A stretch of DNA of 64,000 nt from the human T2T-CHM13v2.0 reference genome, Homo sapiens. Of this stretch, positions 13,665 to 26,053 are shown piece after piece. A model generated the notes under the pieces. The model was not told where the DNA came from, ran no database searches, and saw nothing but the letters and a program-made list of their open reading frames with translations. The stretch is from assembly GCF_009914755.1 (NCBI RefSeq), contig NC_060933.1. One strand, written 5' to 3'. The translations under genes and the position numbers were made by a program. Every line of letters begins with the position of its first letter. The stretch's first letter is position 1.

Positions 13665-13976
13665 GTTGTTATTATTATTATTATCATTATTATTACTATT
13701 TTTGAGATAAGATCTTGCGCTGTTGCCCAGGCTGGAGTGCAGTGGCATGATCTCAAGCACACTGTAAGCCCGGCCTCCTGGGTTCAAGTGATTCCTCCAC
13801 CTCAGCCTCCCGAGTAGCTGGGACTACAGGCATGCACCACCATGCCTGGCTAATTTTTAGTAGAGATGGGGTTTCAGCATGTTGGCCACGCTGGTCTTGA
13901 ACAGGAGTTCAAGTGATCTGCCCACCTCGGCCTCCCAAAGTGTTGGGCTTGCAGGTGTAAGCCACTGCGTCCAGCC
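13665..13976 (-). mobile_element. Alu (old, AluJ/S-like) whose tail has decayed to (TTA)n
   Basis: Alu body 13699-13976 with a shortened central linker. Tail 13665-13698. Short TSD GAATGTT (13658-13664 / 13978-13984). A separate T26 run lies at 13594-13619. Confidence 0.93.
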
Positions 13977-14384
13977 AGAATGTTACTATTTTTTAATTAT
14001 AAATAAACTTTAGAGTTGCCACTCTAACTTTGTCCAGAGCTATTTGAGGAGGAAAGAAAAACCTTGTGTTTATTTACTGGTGTTCAAATCTCTAGGATTC
14101 TCCTAAATGAGAGATTTTTGGTCTTCAAAGGGTAGAACTCAAAACTAAAGGAGTAGAGATGTAGCTGTGGCTGTGGCAGTGGTTATTAGTACAGAATGCC
14201 CTCAATACAGTAAGAAATATGGGATGAAAGAGTAGGAGCTGAACCCCAGACTCCCTAGGACCCCTAAAAGACTGGGAGTGGGAAGGTTGTCCAGTTGTTT
14301 ACTTCCTTAAGAGATGTATTTGGGAATGCTACTGTCACATGTGTTCAGTTCGTGACATGTAGGATCCTTGCTTATTTGTGACTA

Positions 14385-14592
14385 CAGAGTAGTGGGAAAG
14401 TGATTGGCTGTGGGGTATGACCTGAATTCACTCCCCTGCCTGCCACTTCCTAGCTTTGTGAACCTGGGTCAAGCTCATAATGCTCCTCTGCTCCAGTTTC
14501 TTATCTTTAAAGTGGAATTCTCTTTCTGGTGAAGCCTGAGAGGCATAATGTATGTAAAGCATTCAGCACCCTGCCAGGGGCCCAATAAATGG
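14385..14592 (+). mobile_element. MIR SINE
   Basis: ctgccacttcctagctttgtgaacctgggtcaag...ctccagtttcttatctttaaagtgg...aatgtatgtaaagcattcagcac...caataaatgg. Confidence 0.75.
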
Positions 14593-17500
14593 CCATCTCT
14601 ACCGTTCATTTGCAATGATCAATTAGGGGCCACCCAATGCCTCTGGTACAGATGGCATGCTCTTGCCATTCATCCAATGCCTGGTTTTGCATGCTTAGTT
14701 AGCAGTTGTGGGATGATAGAGTTGGAAATAATTTAGTGTCTTCATGTGTTTTATAGAAGCTGTTTATTTAAGGAATATGTGCCCATACGTCTATTCATTC
14801 ATTGAACACTTACTGAGCTCCTCCTTTTGAGTGAGTACTAAGCACGGCTACAGTATGCCTAGGTGGTCAAACCCAGGGGATATGAGATCTCTCTATCACA
14901 GTTGTGTTAGGCTCTTTGTTTTGGTAATTGAGTGATTATGATGGAGATAGGTGTCCTCAGCCACATTCAAATAGCCTGGAGCCAGGGGATGGTGAAGAGT
15001 GGCTTAGGCTGTGGGTAGTGGATTCCTGTTTAGATGCATTCATTTCTACGTCTTTGTGTGTATATATTTACAATATAATCTGCTAACCATATAGTCAGTG
15101 CTGCTGTGGTTCGTAATCTGGCAGATGATTTAAATATTTACTCCAAAATATCTTGTTCTCTGTTGGTGTGAAGTAGAGTTTCCAGTTATTTTTAGGTCAT
15201 TTTCATCTTAGCAACCCTGTTGGAGATGAACCAGACATGCTGCTGTAAACTGTCCCCACATTTGGATAGAATTTAATAAAGTAAAGTTTAATGGTTTGGT
15301 CCCAAGAGGCAAACAGACCATCTGGTTAGCAGAAGGTTAGGTCAAGTATTGCATGGCTGCTGAGAGGGCCACAAACCAGCCCTGACGCACTGGTAATGTG
15401 TCCAGTTGCTGAATGCATTAAGCATTGAAATGGTGCTTTCAGGTCTGCCGAGCCAGCAGTTCTGTTACCACCGCTGTGACGCAGGAGATAATTCAGCTGG
15501 GCAAGCAGCAGCATGGGGGTGGATCTACAGTACAGGATGTGTAATGTCAACATGAAGGATTGGAGCTGGCAGAAGGAAGGGAAGCAGTCATTTCATGCCA
15601 GTGCAGGAAGCCTAGAGAGATGCTTTCCACCCCCCCCCCACCCCCCACCTTGTCTCTTGTCCTCTTCTGGAGCTTTCACATTATGTGTTAAATGATTACC
15701 TTGTGCATGGTCCATGGCAAAACTTCAGCTGATTTTTCTGCCTCTTTTGGAACCTGTCAGCATAAACAGAGTAAACCACATTCCACACACATGTAGGGCG
15801 GGCAAAGGAAAGAGTTTACTGCACAGACTGGGAGGAGGAGAAAGGGCTTCATTAGGCAGGAGCATCTTTGTGCTTGAGATGGAATCCCATTGTATGTCCC
15901 TTTGTGCTCAGATTTGAGACCGGCCATCCATTCAAAGCCTGCAATCATCTCGGAACATTGTGCTGCAGCTGTAGTTGGTAGAAGCCTGCAGAATGGTTCC
16001 AGTGATTCTGCAGAAGCTTAGCAATTATATAATTGCTATGTAACTGGAGAGAGCCATCAGGATTGTCTAGTTCCCCTGGAAAGAAAGCTTCTACAATTTG
16101 AGGGGTAGATTGTTTTCCCTTGTTAAACCTGAAAGCTGATGAGCAAGTACATCATACCACTAGGCTGAAACCAGGTCCTCTCACTGGCATGAGAGGGGAA
16201 GAAATTCACAAGTACACTTGGCTGGATATTCAGTGGACTTCACAGCTGTGTTAAAGGGAGAGAGAGCAACTCACTGACTCTTGGAATCGTGGATCCTTGT
16301 AGCAGTTGAACATGATAGTTGAATTGTTTCTAATATCTGAGACTGTGTTCTATATGCATTCAAGGCATGGAGTATTCCAGAGCTTTCCTAGGAATGGGAC
16401 AAACAGAGTTGCTCGTAACCACCAAGAGCCCTCTCAATTTCTGCCGCCCGCTCAGGAGGATTTTCACAGCCTCTCTTGAATGAATACTTGCCTCAGATGC
16501 TGATCAGTGGAAGCACTGCAAAGCCTGACTCTTCAGATATTCCCGAATGCTGAAATCTTCTCTGCATCAGCTCATGATTCTGTCTGGGCCTGTGCAGTCC
16601 AGGAGCTGGGACAGACTGAACAGTTTGCCTGTGAGAACTTAACAGTGCAGAAATGAATTCCTTCTTTCAGCTACCTTACCACTTGTTTTCCATAGTTGAG
16701 AAAACTTTGAAGTGGTGTTGGCTAAATGTAGGTACGAGGGCTGCATTAAACCAGTGAGAAGTCCAAGGCTCCATTTCATCCCGTGTAAAACACTCATCTA
16801 AAATTAGCCACATCTCCTAACCCAAGTGTGGACTTTGTGTTTGTTTATGTTAAGTAGCTCTAAATTTCAGTGATCCTGCCTTTCTGGTGTCAGTTTTGTG
16901 GAGCTGCTAGAATAGAAAGAGTGGTTGTTGGGATATATTTTTATTAATGGTTTAAGTTGGGCCTTTTATAACTGATACTCACCTATATTTCTCTATTTAA
17001 ATGTGTTTGTAGTCAGAACTTCAGTATAAGGGAAAAGTAAAACATTTTGGTTCCTTTGTGAATTAAAAAGGAATGTCTAGTAGGCAGTGTGGGGACCTGG
17101 ACTCCCAAGATGGATTGGGTCCACACATTCCTAGACCTTTGACCTTTATACCTGTACGTTACTCTGTACCTCGTGGGTTTAACTCTGAGGTTGATAGATA
17201 CAAATAGTTTCTTTAAGAATTCTGATTCCTACAAAACAATATTGGCAGGTTTTCAAGGAGCCAGCCTGTCTCAGCACTGAGCTTTTATTTTGTAACAATT
17301 TGGAGGGGTATAGGATCACCCATGGTGACCCTTTCCTGCGTCATTCCAGGCAGGCCTTGGCATGCTTCGCCAGATGAGTAAGGACGAGGACAGTTGGCAG
17401 GAGGACCTGCTGAGTTCATCTTGCTTCGTATCTTAGGAACTGGCTTGACCCTGCTCCATCATCAGTGTTTGGGCCCTCTGAGAAACTCTAGACCATCTTT

Positions 17501-17650
17501 TCAAACACTAGGCTTGGAGATTATTATGTTGGGAGCAGCAGCGTGCCCTCATATGAGGGAGGAGCACTTGATTCTAGCGCAGAGGACACATCGAAGGGGG
17601 ACCCTTTTCTGTCAGTATTGGTAGGCCTGTGAGGACCTTGGTGGTGAGGG

Positions 17651-17852
17651 CCATGGTGTATAGTGGAAAGATCGTAGACCTCAGAGTCAGTGAGTAACTG
17701 GGTGACCTTGAGGGAATGATTTAATCTTTGGTCCCCAATTTCCCTATCTGGAAAAAAAATCCACTTTGTAAAGTTCTTTTGAGGAATAAAGGAAATCATG
17801 AAAAGAAATCTCTGGTGCAGAGCTTGACATATAGTAGACACACAAAAAATCC
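17651..17852 (+). mobile_element. MIR SINE
   Basis: atggtgtatagtggaaaga...ctgggtgaccttgaggg...caatttccctatctggaaaa...tgaggaataaag...catatagtagacac. Confidence 0.75.
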
Positions 17853-20372
17853 TAATTTTCTTTCCTCCCATCTTTGAGTTTGTATTAAACACTTTCTATA
17901 GGTAGAGCACTGTTAAACAGTGACTATCTGATTAGAAGTCAGAATATACCTGAGTTTTACATGAAATCCCAATTGAGGGCTCCTTGAAGCTTGTACTGGT
18001 AAAATTGACAAACATATACCTTCTTGGCTAAAGAGGCTGAGCAATATTTTTTATTATATGGTGGCTTTTCAAAGCCAGTGTGCTCCCCTATGAAACATGA
18101 CTCCAAAATCTGGTAAAAGGGAAGCAAAGTACCTTACCCTCTGTTTGTGCTATCTTGAACATTCTATAATAGATTATATATTAAATTCCTTAGATGAAGT
18201 TCTGGTTTTTTGTTTTGACTATTGCTACACGACTAACTCCTCTATAGTAAACCTGAAATTTTCCAGGAATAGCACAGATGTAAGCTATTTGATTATCTAG
18301 AATCCAAATGTCTTAACAGTTTTAATGTCTTACAAGCCTTTTTTCTATCACCTCTAGTCCAGTGTGCAACTCTTCATGTTGGTGTGCAGGCAGCCTTATT
18401 GACTGGTTTCAGGGAAAAAGATCTTATTCAGTTAAAATTTAGCTGATCAACTTTGAAGGCCAACCACTGATTTGTTTCATAATGAGTTCCTGAACAGGAC
18501 TAGACTAGAAGCTACAGAAAGGCAGGCTGAGTCTCCCTTGCTCACTAGTGCCTTGAGCAATGCCTAAAACAGATGTACACAGTCAAAATGTATGGAGTCT
18601 GTAAACCAAACCTAGCATTTTTAAAAATGTCATATTGCTCCTAAATATCTGTTCCTTAAAAGTGCCTACATATCTGAAACAGAATAGTCTCTTAGTTGCT
18701 TCTGAGCAGTCATTTCTGCCTGAAACATCGCTAGATTTATAGCATTCAATTAAAAAATGAAAGTTAATGTAAGTTCTCAATCAAAGAAAACTACCCATCT
18801 CTACAATCCATATTATGTACATTTTGAAGTAAGAATGTCTAACAGTCTAGGTTAAAGAAGCCAAGGAAAATTTGTTTGTCGGTAGCTTTTGAAAGATACT
18901 AATGTGAGGATGACATTTGACTAGTATGATCCTGAATGATCTTCAGTGCATTATAGAGTTAAATTTCATAGAATTGAGTCTGAAACATTGGATAAGAAAA
19001 ATTCAAACTCGAATATTCAGTGATTCAAGGCCATTGGTTCTGGAGGAAACTCATTTGCGGTTTTATGTGAAAGAGGAAGACAGGTCTTTTTCCAAGACTT
19101 TCTTTGACCTATTAAGTCTAAATGGATGGTGGCATGTATTTTGTAGGGTAAATTGGTGGTATGGAAGCCTCAAGGAATATAGGGAAAAACGTTATGGAAA
19201 AAAATGATGAGTATGTAGTGTTTCCTATCAATTTAACAAAATTGGAAGGATGAAGCAACGGAACCAGGATGATAGTCATGTTCTTTGAAGATGGTCAAGC
19301 AGATTCAGAAAACATCCTTCTTCACCTTTGACTTTAGTTCTTGAACATTTCAATGGAATGATTTAGATCATTGAAAGTCTACTATGTGCAGAAGCCTTCT
19401 AGGTATTAGGTGACCTTGCAGTATTAAAGAAACCCATGGGTCCTGTTAGTCCCAACCTCACTGAAGGACATATTCTGAAGAGCCAGCTCATTAAGCAAGC
19501 TTTTGAAGGGTGTGCGCTGCAGAGCAGTTTCCTGTTATTTGGTTAATGGTTGACCTAGTTCTAATGCCATATGCTTCCTGGAACGCATTCTAATATAAAG
19601 TATGTGTTAAAGCAAGACTAGGATAATAGCGGGAAAGTCAAAGCCTTTCTAAAGCAGAGACCATATTAATGCTGGCCCAGTGAAGGCAGAATAGTGTGCG
19701 GATGGAAAATGAAAAGACTTTTCTCCTCATGATCCTGTTTGGTAATTCTGATTTTAATCCTCACATTTTATCCCAGTTCATTCTAAGGAGTTGCATTTTC
19801 CCCAGAATACCGTATACATAAGGCCTGCGTCATTAGTTCATTTTTCAGTGAATGCTAGGCCAAGGTTAGTGTTGAAGTACCCTAAGTAAAATTATTACTG
19901 CAAGGAAAGATTAGATTAGAGTTGGCTAATGGCAGGTGATTTTGTTTTTGTGTTATTATTTTTGTATTGTAAACAGGGGATTAGTAAATCTTTTCCTCTG
20001 AAGTTTGGATGCGGTTCAAAGCTAAGATTGAGGCTCCTTTGGCTTATTTATCCTTCTACCTGGAATCAGCAGCCCTGGCTTGTTCATTTAGATGGACAGG
20101 GGAGCCTACGCAAGTCATGGGGGCTGGTGAGCAAACTCTACACCAGGCACACAAGTGTTTGTTTTAACAGCTTCAGAATGTGAAGAATCTGTAGGTCTAG
20201 TCTGCTAATTGCTGGATATTTGGGTGGCAATAGAGGAAGCTGTTATGCTGTCTTCATTGCTCATAAAAAAATGTTTAAGCAACCACAAGTGTGTATATAT
20301 GGTGGGGGAAGGGTGGACAGCTCCCTTTTAAAAAGTTTTCTTTCTAAATCACCATAAACTTGTGGTATGCAG

Positions 20373-20540
20373 CAGTGATTCCTAAACCAGGCTGATCTTC
20401 AGAATTATTCTGAGAACTTAGAAACAAAAAGGGATTTATTAAAAATAGACTTTCAGGTTCTACCACAGGAGAGGAATTCATTAGGTCTAGGGTAGGAGCC
20501 TAGAATGTTTATTCTTAGAAGCCAGGTTTGGGAGCCACTG
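20373..20540. mobile_element. MER5-type hAT-Charlie MITE
   Basis: Termini CAGTGATTCCTAAAC...GTTTGGGAGCCACTG form imperfect terminal inverted repeats; internal taggtctagggtaggagcctag resembles MER5. Confidence 0.7.
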
Positions 20541-22914
20541 GTCTTGGTATCATTAAGGAAGGGAGGAAGAAGCAGCCACTGTGCTTGAAGAGTTGACATG
20601 CAGGAAGTAGGAAAAGGAAAAGAGTTGCTGTCAGAACTTGATATTTGTGGCTGCTAATAATTTGAGCTATGGAATAGGCTTTCGTCTTTTCTTCTCTAGG
20701 AATTTAGTACCTTCAGAGCACCTTAAGGGTACTGTATACTGAGTGATTTACTCACTACTGTGGTTACTGGATACTGAGTGATTTAGGTTTGGGAAATGTC
20801 ATCTCGGTGACAGGCTACATACTGCAACCACCACCATCCACCTCTGCCCTGTCCCCTTCCTCCCACCATGGAGGCAGTGGAAACAGAATATCTGTCATTC
20901 ATCAGTTAAATTGGATGCAATTTTTTCATATTAATATATTTGGCAGAAACAAAGGAAACACATTATGTTGATTTCTGTATACAAAGAAATTGCTGTGAAT
21001 TCACCCAAGTACATTTTTGGTTTTTTTGTTTGTTTGTTTGTTTTTTCTATTGACAATAAGAGATGCACTTGTTGACCGAGGACTTGTTCCATATGGCTTC
21101 CTGCCTGGCCTGGTTTGAAGCTGTTGCTTCTGATATTGGGCCACTGCTAACTGACCTAGTTGTAAATTAGAGTAACGTTGGCTAGAGGATCAACACGGTC
21201 TAGGGTCTAATAGTATGCCTGATGTGTAGTTGATCATCAATGCTTATTAGTGAATGACTGAGCCAGCTCAGTAGATGTTTCTTCAAAAGATAAGAAGTAA
21301 CTTGGAGAGGTTAAGATTCTGCTTCAAAGCAATGTATGTGTTCAACATAACCTTTCTAGAGAGATTTCTGCTTTAATCTCAATAAAAAGGAAAATGGCCC
21401 TGTTGCAAAATTTGGCAGGTCAGACACTTCAGCTTCCCAAGAAAATGCAAGGAATTTATTTATTTTCTTTACATGTTGTCTACTCCTAAAACAACTATCA
21501 CTACTACCATTAAACTCTCCATATACATTAAAGGAAGTGCCTCTAGAATAAATGTTGTTAAGAGAATTTAATCTTCACTTTCCTTCTAACTTTAAGAGCC
21601 TCATGGGAATGAAAAGAATGTTGTTTTAGAAGTAGAAGAGAAGAAACAATTGAGTAGAAAAAGAAAATAATTTGAGAAAACTTGTCTGGTTGACAGTAAT
21701 TTTTTAGTAACAGAAAGCAGCAGTCATGGCCCAAGAACCTGTGGTTCTTGGTTGTGTCCTTGCCATGCTTAGAAGGTTCAAGAAAGGGAGTATAGTCTCT
21801 TTAAAGTTATTTTGAGGAGTTGGACACTACCTACTAGGTTCCTAATGCTTACCCAAGTTAAGAGGTTGAAGTGCCTCCAAGACTTTAAGTAGCAGCTGAA
21901 CATGTGATCTTGTTAACCCTGAGATGTTGCTGAAAAGTGACTCAGATCACCGTGGCAAACAATCCTGTCCAGTTCCAGCTGCCCCAGCAGAACTCAGCAT
22001 TAGGTCACCCTTTAGGCGTATGGTGCAGAGCTCATGCTACCATCAAGACTTTAGAACAAGGACAACTTGAAGTGGCTATCTTGCACATGGGACTGATGTT
22101 GAGGACTGCTTGATGTTTTGGAGCCCACCTGATTCTTAAGAGTTTCCAGTTCCTCTATCCCTATTCCCTGTCATCACATAAACCACTTGGAGAGAAGGGG
22201 AGGATGCCAGAGAGAGTCATGTTCTGATAATTATTTGCTCTTTGGATATTTCCTCATCTAGATAGACGGGACTTTTTGTTTTCCCCAGGAAAAGGTAACG
22301 TATGCTCAAGGTAGCCTTAAAAAAATGTGTGATGCCTATTTTAAATAAAATAACAAACTAGAACAGTTTGTATTTTATTAAATAATAATCAAGAGGTAAC
22401 TCATACCCAAGAAGTGGGTTTGTTGGCCTTAGCCTGATAGGTGGTAGCCACATAATGACTCATTGAGCACTACTGACTTAGTAAAAAAGAAAAGTAGGGG
22501 TGGGGTGGTTAAGAAGGTGGCTGGGATTGTTACCTCACTGGACCGCTCTTTAAACTTTCTCTGTCTTTTCATGACTTGGGTATGTTTATGTAGATCCAAA
22601 ATTATTTTAAAGTTTGAAGTGTCTTTCTGTTAGCTGTGTGAATGTGCTGCCTATTTCGAAAGTTGATAATGACTCAAGGGTATCCAACTCTCAGGATTCA
22701 AGCCACTGCATGTTGGCAATGTAGTAGATCCTGGTTTTAAAAATAAAATGCCAGGATGCCACCCTGAGGATCCAGACATAGGCTGTGAGCACATTTGAAA
22801 TCCACATCCTCAAATATACAACAATGTCAGCTACAAAAAAAATAGAAGAGATAGGGTCTGAAAAGGAAGGAGCTCCTGTCATCCGCAGTCAATGTGAAGA
22901 AACTGGTTATATGG

Positions 22915-23068
22915 ACCTAGGAAATCATCCCACTTAACCCCTTCATTTTACAGCTCTGGAAAGGCTGAAATGATGTGTCCAAAGTCCACAATGTAGGAAG
23001 TTAGTTAAGGAAGCCTGAAATGGAATATCAGTTTTCTGCCCTGGTGATCCATGCTTATTCCACTACAA
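22915..23068 (-). mobile_element. MIR/MIR3 fragment
   Basis: aaccccttcattttacag...tgtccaaagtccaca...atgcttattccactaca. Confidence 0.55.
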
Positions 23069-24308
23069 CAGTGTTGGCAGATAGCTTCTATTTCTCGTGC
23101 CAATTTTGATTGATTGGTGGAGAATGCCTGGAGCTTCACTTTGAGGATTCTGTGCCTTGTCTAGGCTTGTTGGAAAAGAGTGTGGAGATCAAGCAGAGAA
23201 GTCTGCAATAGGCGGGAGAGGGTAAATGACAGGCGGTGGCACTTCCCTATACTTGCTGTCCCTTACAATTATGTGACTTAAAATTACAGCCTTACTCTTT
23301 ACCAAAACACTTTCTCCCTTGGTGTTCATGAAGACATCCTATTTCCAAATGTTTTCAAACAAAAAAGAGAATATTTAGTCAAGGGCAGAGAATCTCATTC
23401 AGAATAGCTTGTCCAGGTGATTTATCCAGGGTAACTAAGTTGTTGAGTAGCAGTTTGAACGAATGATAAGGTTTTCACCATAAGTTTTATAACCTATCAT
23501 GAAGAGCTGTCTTTCTGCATTGTTGGTATTGTCTAACCCTGATAAGGCTGAGGAGTCATTCATCTGTTTCACCACCACCTTCTAACATGTTGTTCTTACA
23601 TGTTATCCACAGCTGGCTTTTCCTTGCCTACATCCTCCTAGGCCATCTACTAAATCCTCTCCCTCCGTAAATGGAAGTATAAAAACAGTTTCACAAAGGT
23701 CATAATTTGCCCAGGATAATACAGAGCCCAACTGGAACCTTGGTTCCCTGACCATCAGTATTCCAAGATACTTCCTGACAGGTTTCCTACTTATTACAAT
23801 AAAACTAGAAGGAACCTTTGAGGTTATTTTTTTAATGTTATCTTATAGCCAGAGAAGTCGAATCCAAGAATATTTAAGGGACTTGCTCAAGGTAACGAAG
23901 TTGTTTAGTAGCACAAACACCCTCTGGATCTTGAAAGCTAAACCCACATTGTATATACATCTATTTCTTTCCTTTCTCTCCTTTACTTTAATGAGACAAA
24001 TGAACTGTTTATTGTTGAATTCACAGGGGTCATGATTGCGTTGCAACATACTAGAATCTCTAGATTTCAAATAGAATGATGAAACTGTGATTAAAAAGGA
24101 CTTTTTGGGTTATCGTTACATAGTTTATGTAGTACATTTAGAAAGAAAGACTGATAATAAATTTTCTCGTAACACGACCCTCACAAGTGTAATTTTGGAA
24201 CCCTTTCTACTTCCAAAGACAAGCTGTTGTGAAGATGAATGTGGGAGATAAATGTGCCTGGCAGTCTAAAGCATGCCATGAATTCGTGGTTGTCTAGCCC
24301 AGTGCTAG

Positions 24309-24646
<338 letters not shown>

Positions 24647-25926
24647 TTAGATCTACCACCAGAGCTCTGTCATGGTTATCTTTTTATGTACGAACTGACA
24701 ATACTTTGCCCTGAATAGGGTTAGTGTTTGGCAGGGAGGAAGCTATGTTTCACTGGTAGAGCAGTCTGTTAACGTCTAATTTGAGATGAATGCTATTGAT
24801 AACAGCATAGAAAAAGCTACTGTCATTTCCAATTCAGTTGCATCCATTTGCCCATCTTGGCCAGTTTGGAAAACATAACTGGGGCTCTTTTTTGGCGTCT
24901 TCAGTATCAGATAGCTCCGTATATGCAGTGCCACTGTGGTCTGTTGCCATTGGCTACTCCACATCTGTCACTCTTCCCACCGTATTAGCTAATAATGAGA
25001 GAGAGTTAACCTAGATTTCTAAGATCCTGGTGTTCAAAAGTGTTGACTCTTGGACCTCTTGAGGAAGTAGGCAAGGTGGGCCACCTTGGAGCTTTTATCC
25101 TCTGCTGGAATATTTCCTTTTGAAGTGCCACCATTTATAGAATCATCAATTACAAACCTTTCCCATGTTCCTTCTGGAACCTCAATCTAACCTTGAGCCT
25201 TTGTTTTTGGAAGATAATGGTACAATTTCTACACAAAACTGGGAACAAACTACTTTTAATTCCTTTTCCTCTTAGTTGTTTCAGCAGAATGATCCCCTTT
25301 CACTTTAACAGAAAGATTCTCTTTCTAGCTTAAAATATTCTGGATATGCTTTAACTTGCCTTGGGGTCATAGCACACATCTCCCAGGACTGATGAGTCTT
25401 GTCAGTTGCCCCAGGGTGAGAACTTTAATAAGCAAATTGCACACACCTGGTTTTGCAAAATATTGGCCTAATGGGGCACCTAGGTGGAAGTCAGTAAGTA
25501 TGTCCACTCCCTATGTACACACCCTTCCTCCCCACCCCTTTTAAAAGGGAGGCCTCAGAAATGCTACCTCCCCATTTATCTTGTAAAACTTTCCTGTCTC
25601 TCCTTCGCTGTGCTCGGGTAGCTCAGAGGGTTGTGATCGTTAACGAGCTCAGGGTGTTACTGTCACTGCTGCTGTCTTGTGGATTTGAAAGTAATGCCGT
25701 GATGGGATGTGGTATAGGTACGGGGGAGTCTGGTTAAAAGGGAACAGGGCTGGAGAACTCTCTTTGTCAGACTGTGATTCCCCCTGCTCTGCTCTTTGAT
25801 TTGTGGCTGCCATTGGTGTTTACACAGCCTTTCCCCGCTCACACTTTCCTTGGTTAGTTGAAAAGAAACAGCCTGTTTTCCTGTTACTGAATGCTGGACC
25901 GTGGGCTTACTTGTTTTTTACTCTTT

Positions 25927-26053
25927 TTCATTCATTTGTTCATTCATTTAAATACTTACTGAGCATTTGACTGCTTCCCAGGCTTTGTGCTAAATGTTGG
26001 CTCTACAGAAATGAAAGACCTAGACCCTGCCTTTCAGAGGCTCATAATCTAGT
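25927..26053 (-). mobile_element. L2 LINE 3'-end fragment
   Basis: ttcattcatttgttcattcattt...ttactgagcatt...ccaggctttgtgctaaatg...ccctgcctttcagaggctcataatctag. Confidence 0.75.

Noticed and set aside
20730-20785. Direct repeats with a spacer as a CRISPR-like array
   Set aside because: Only two copies, eukaryotic intron, no cas genes; a simple local duplication.
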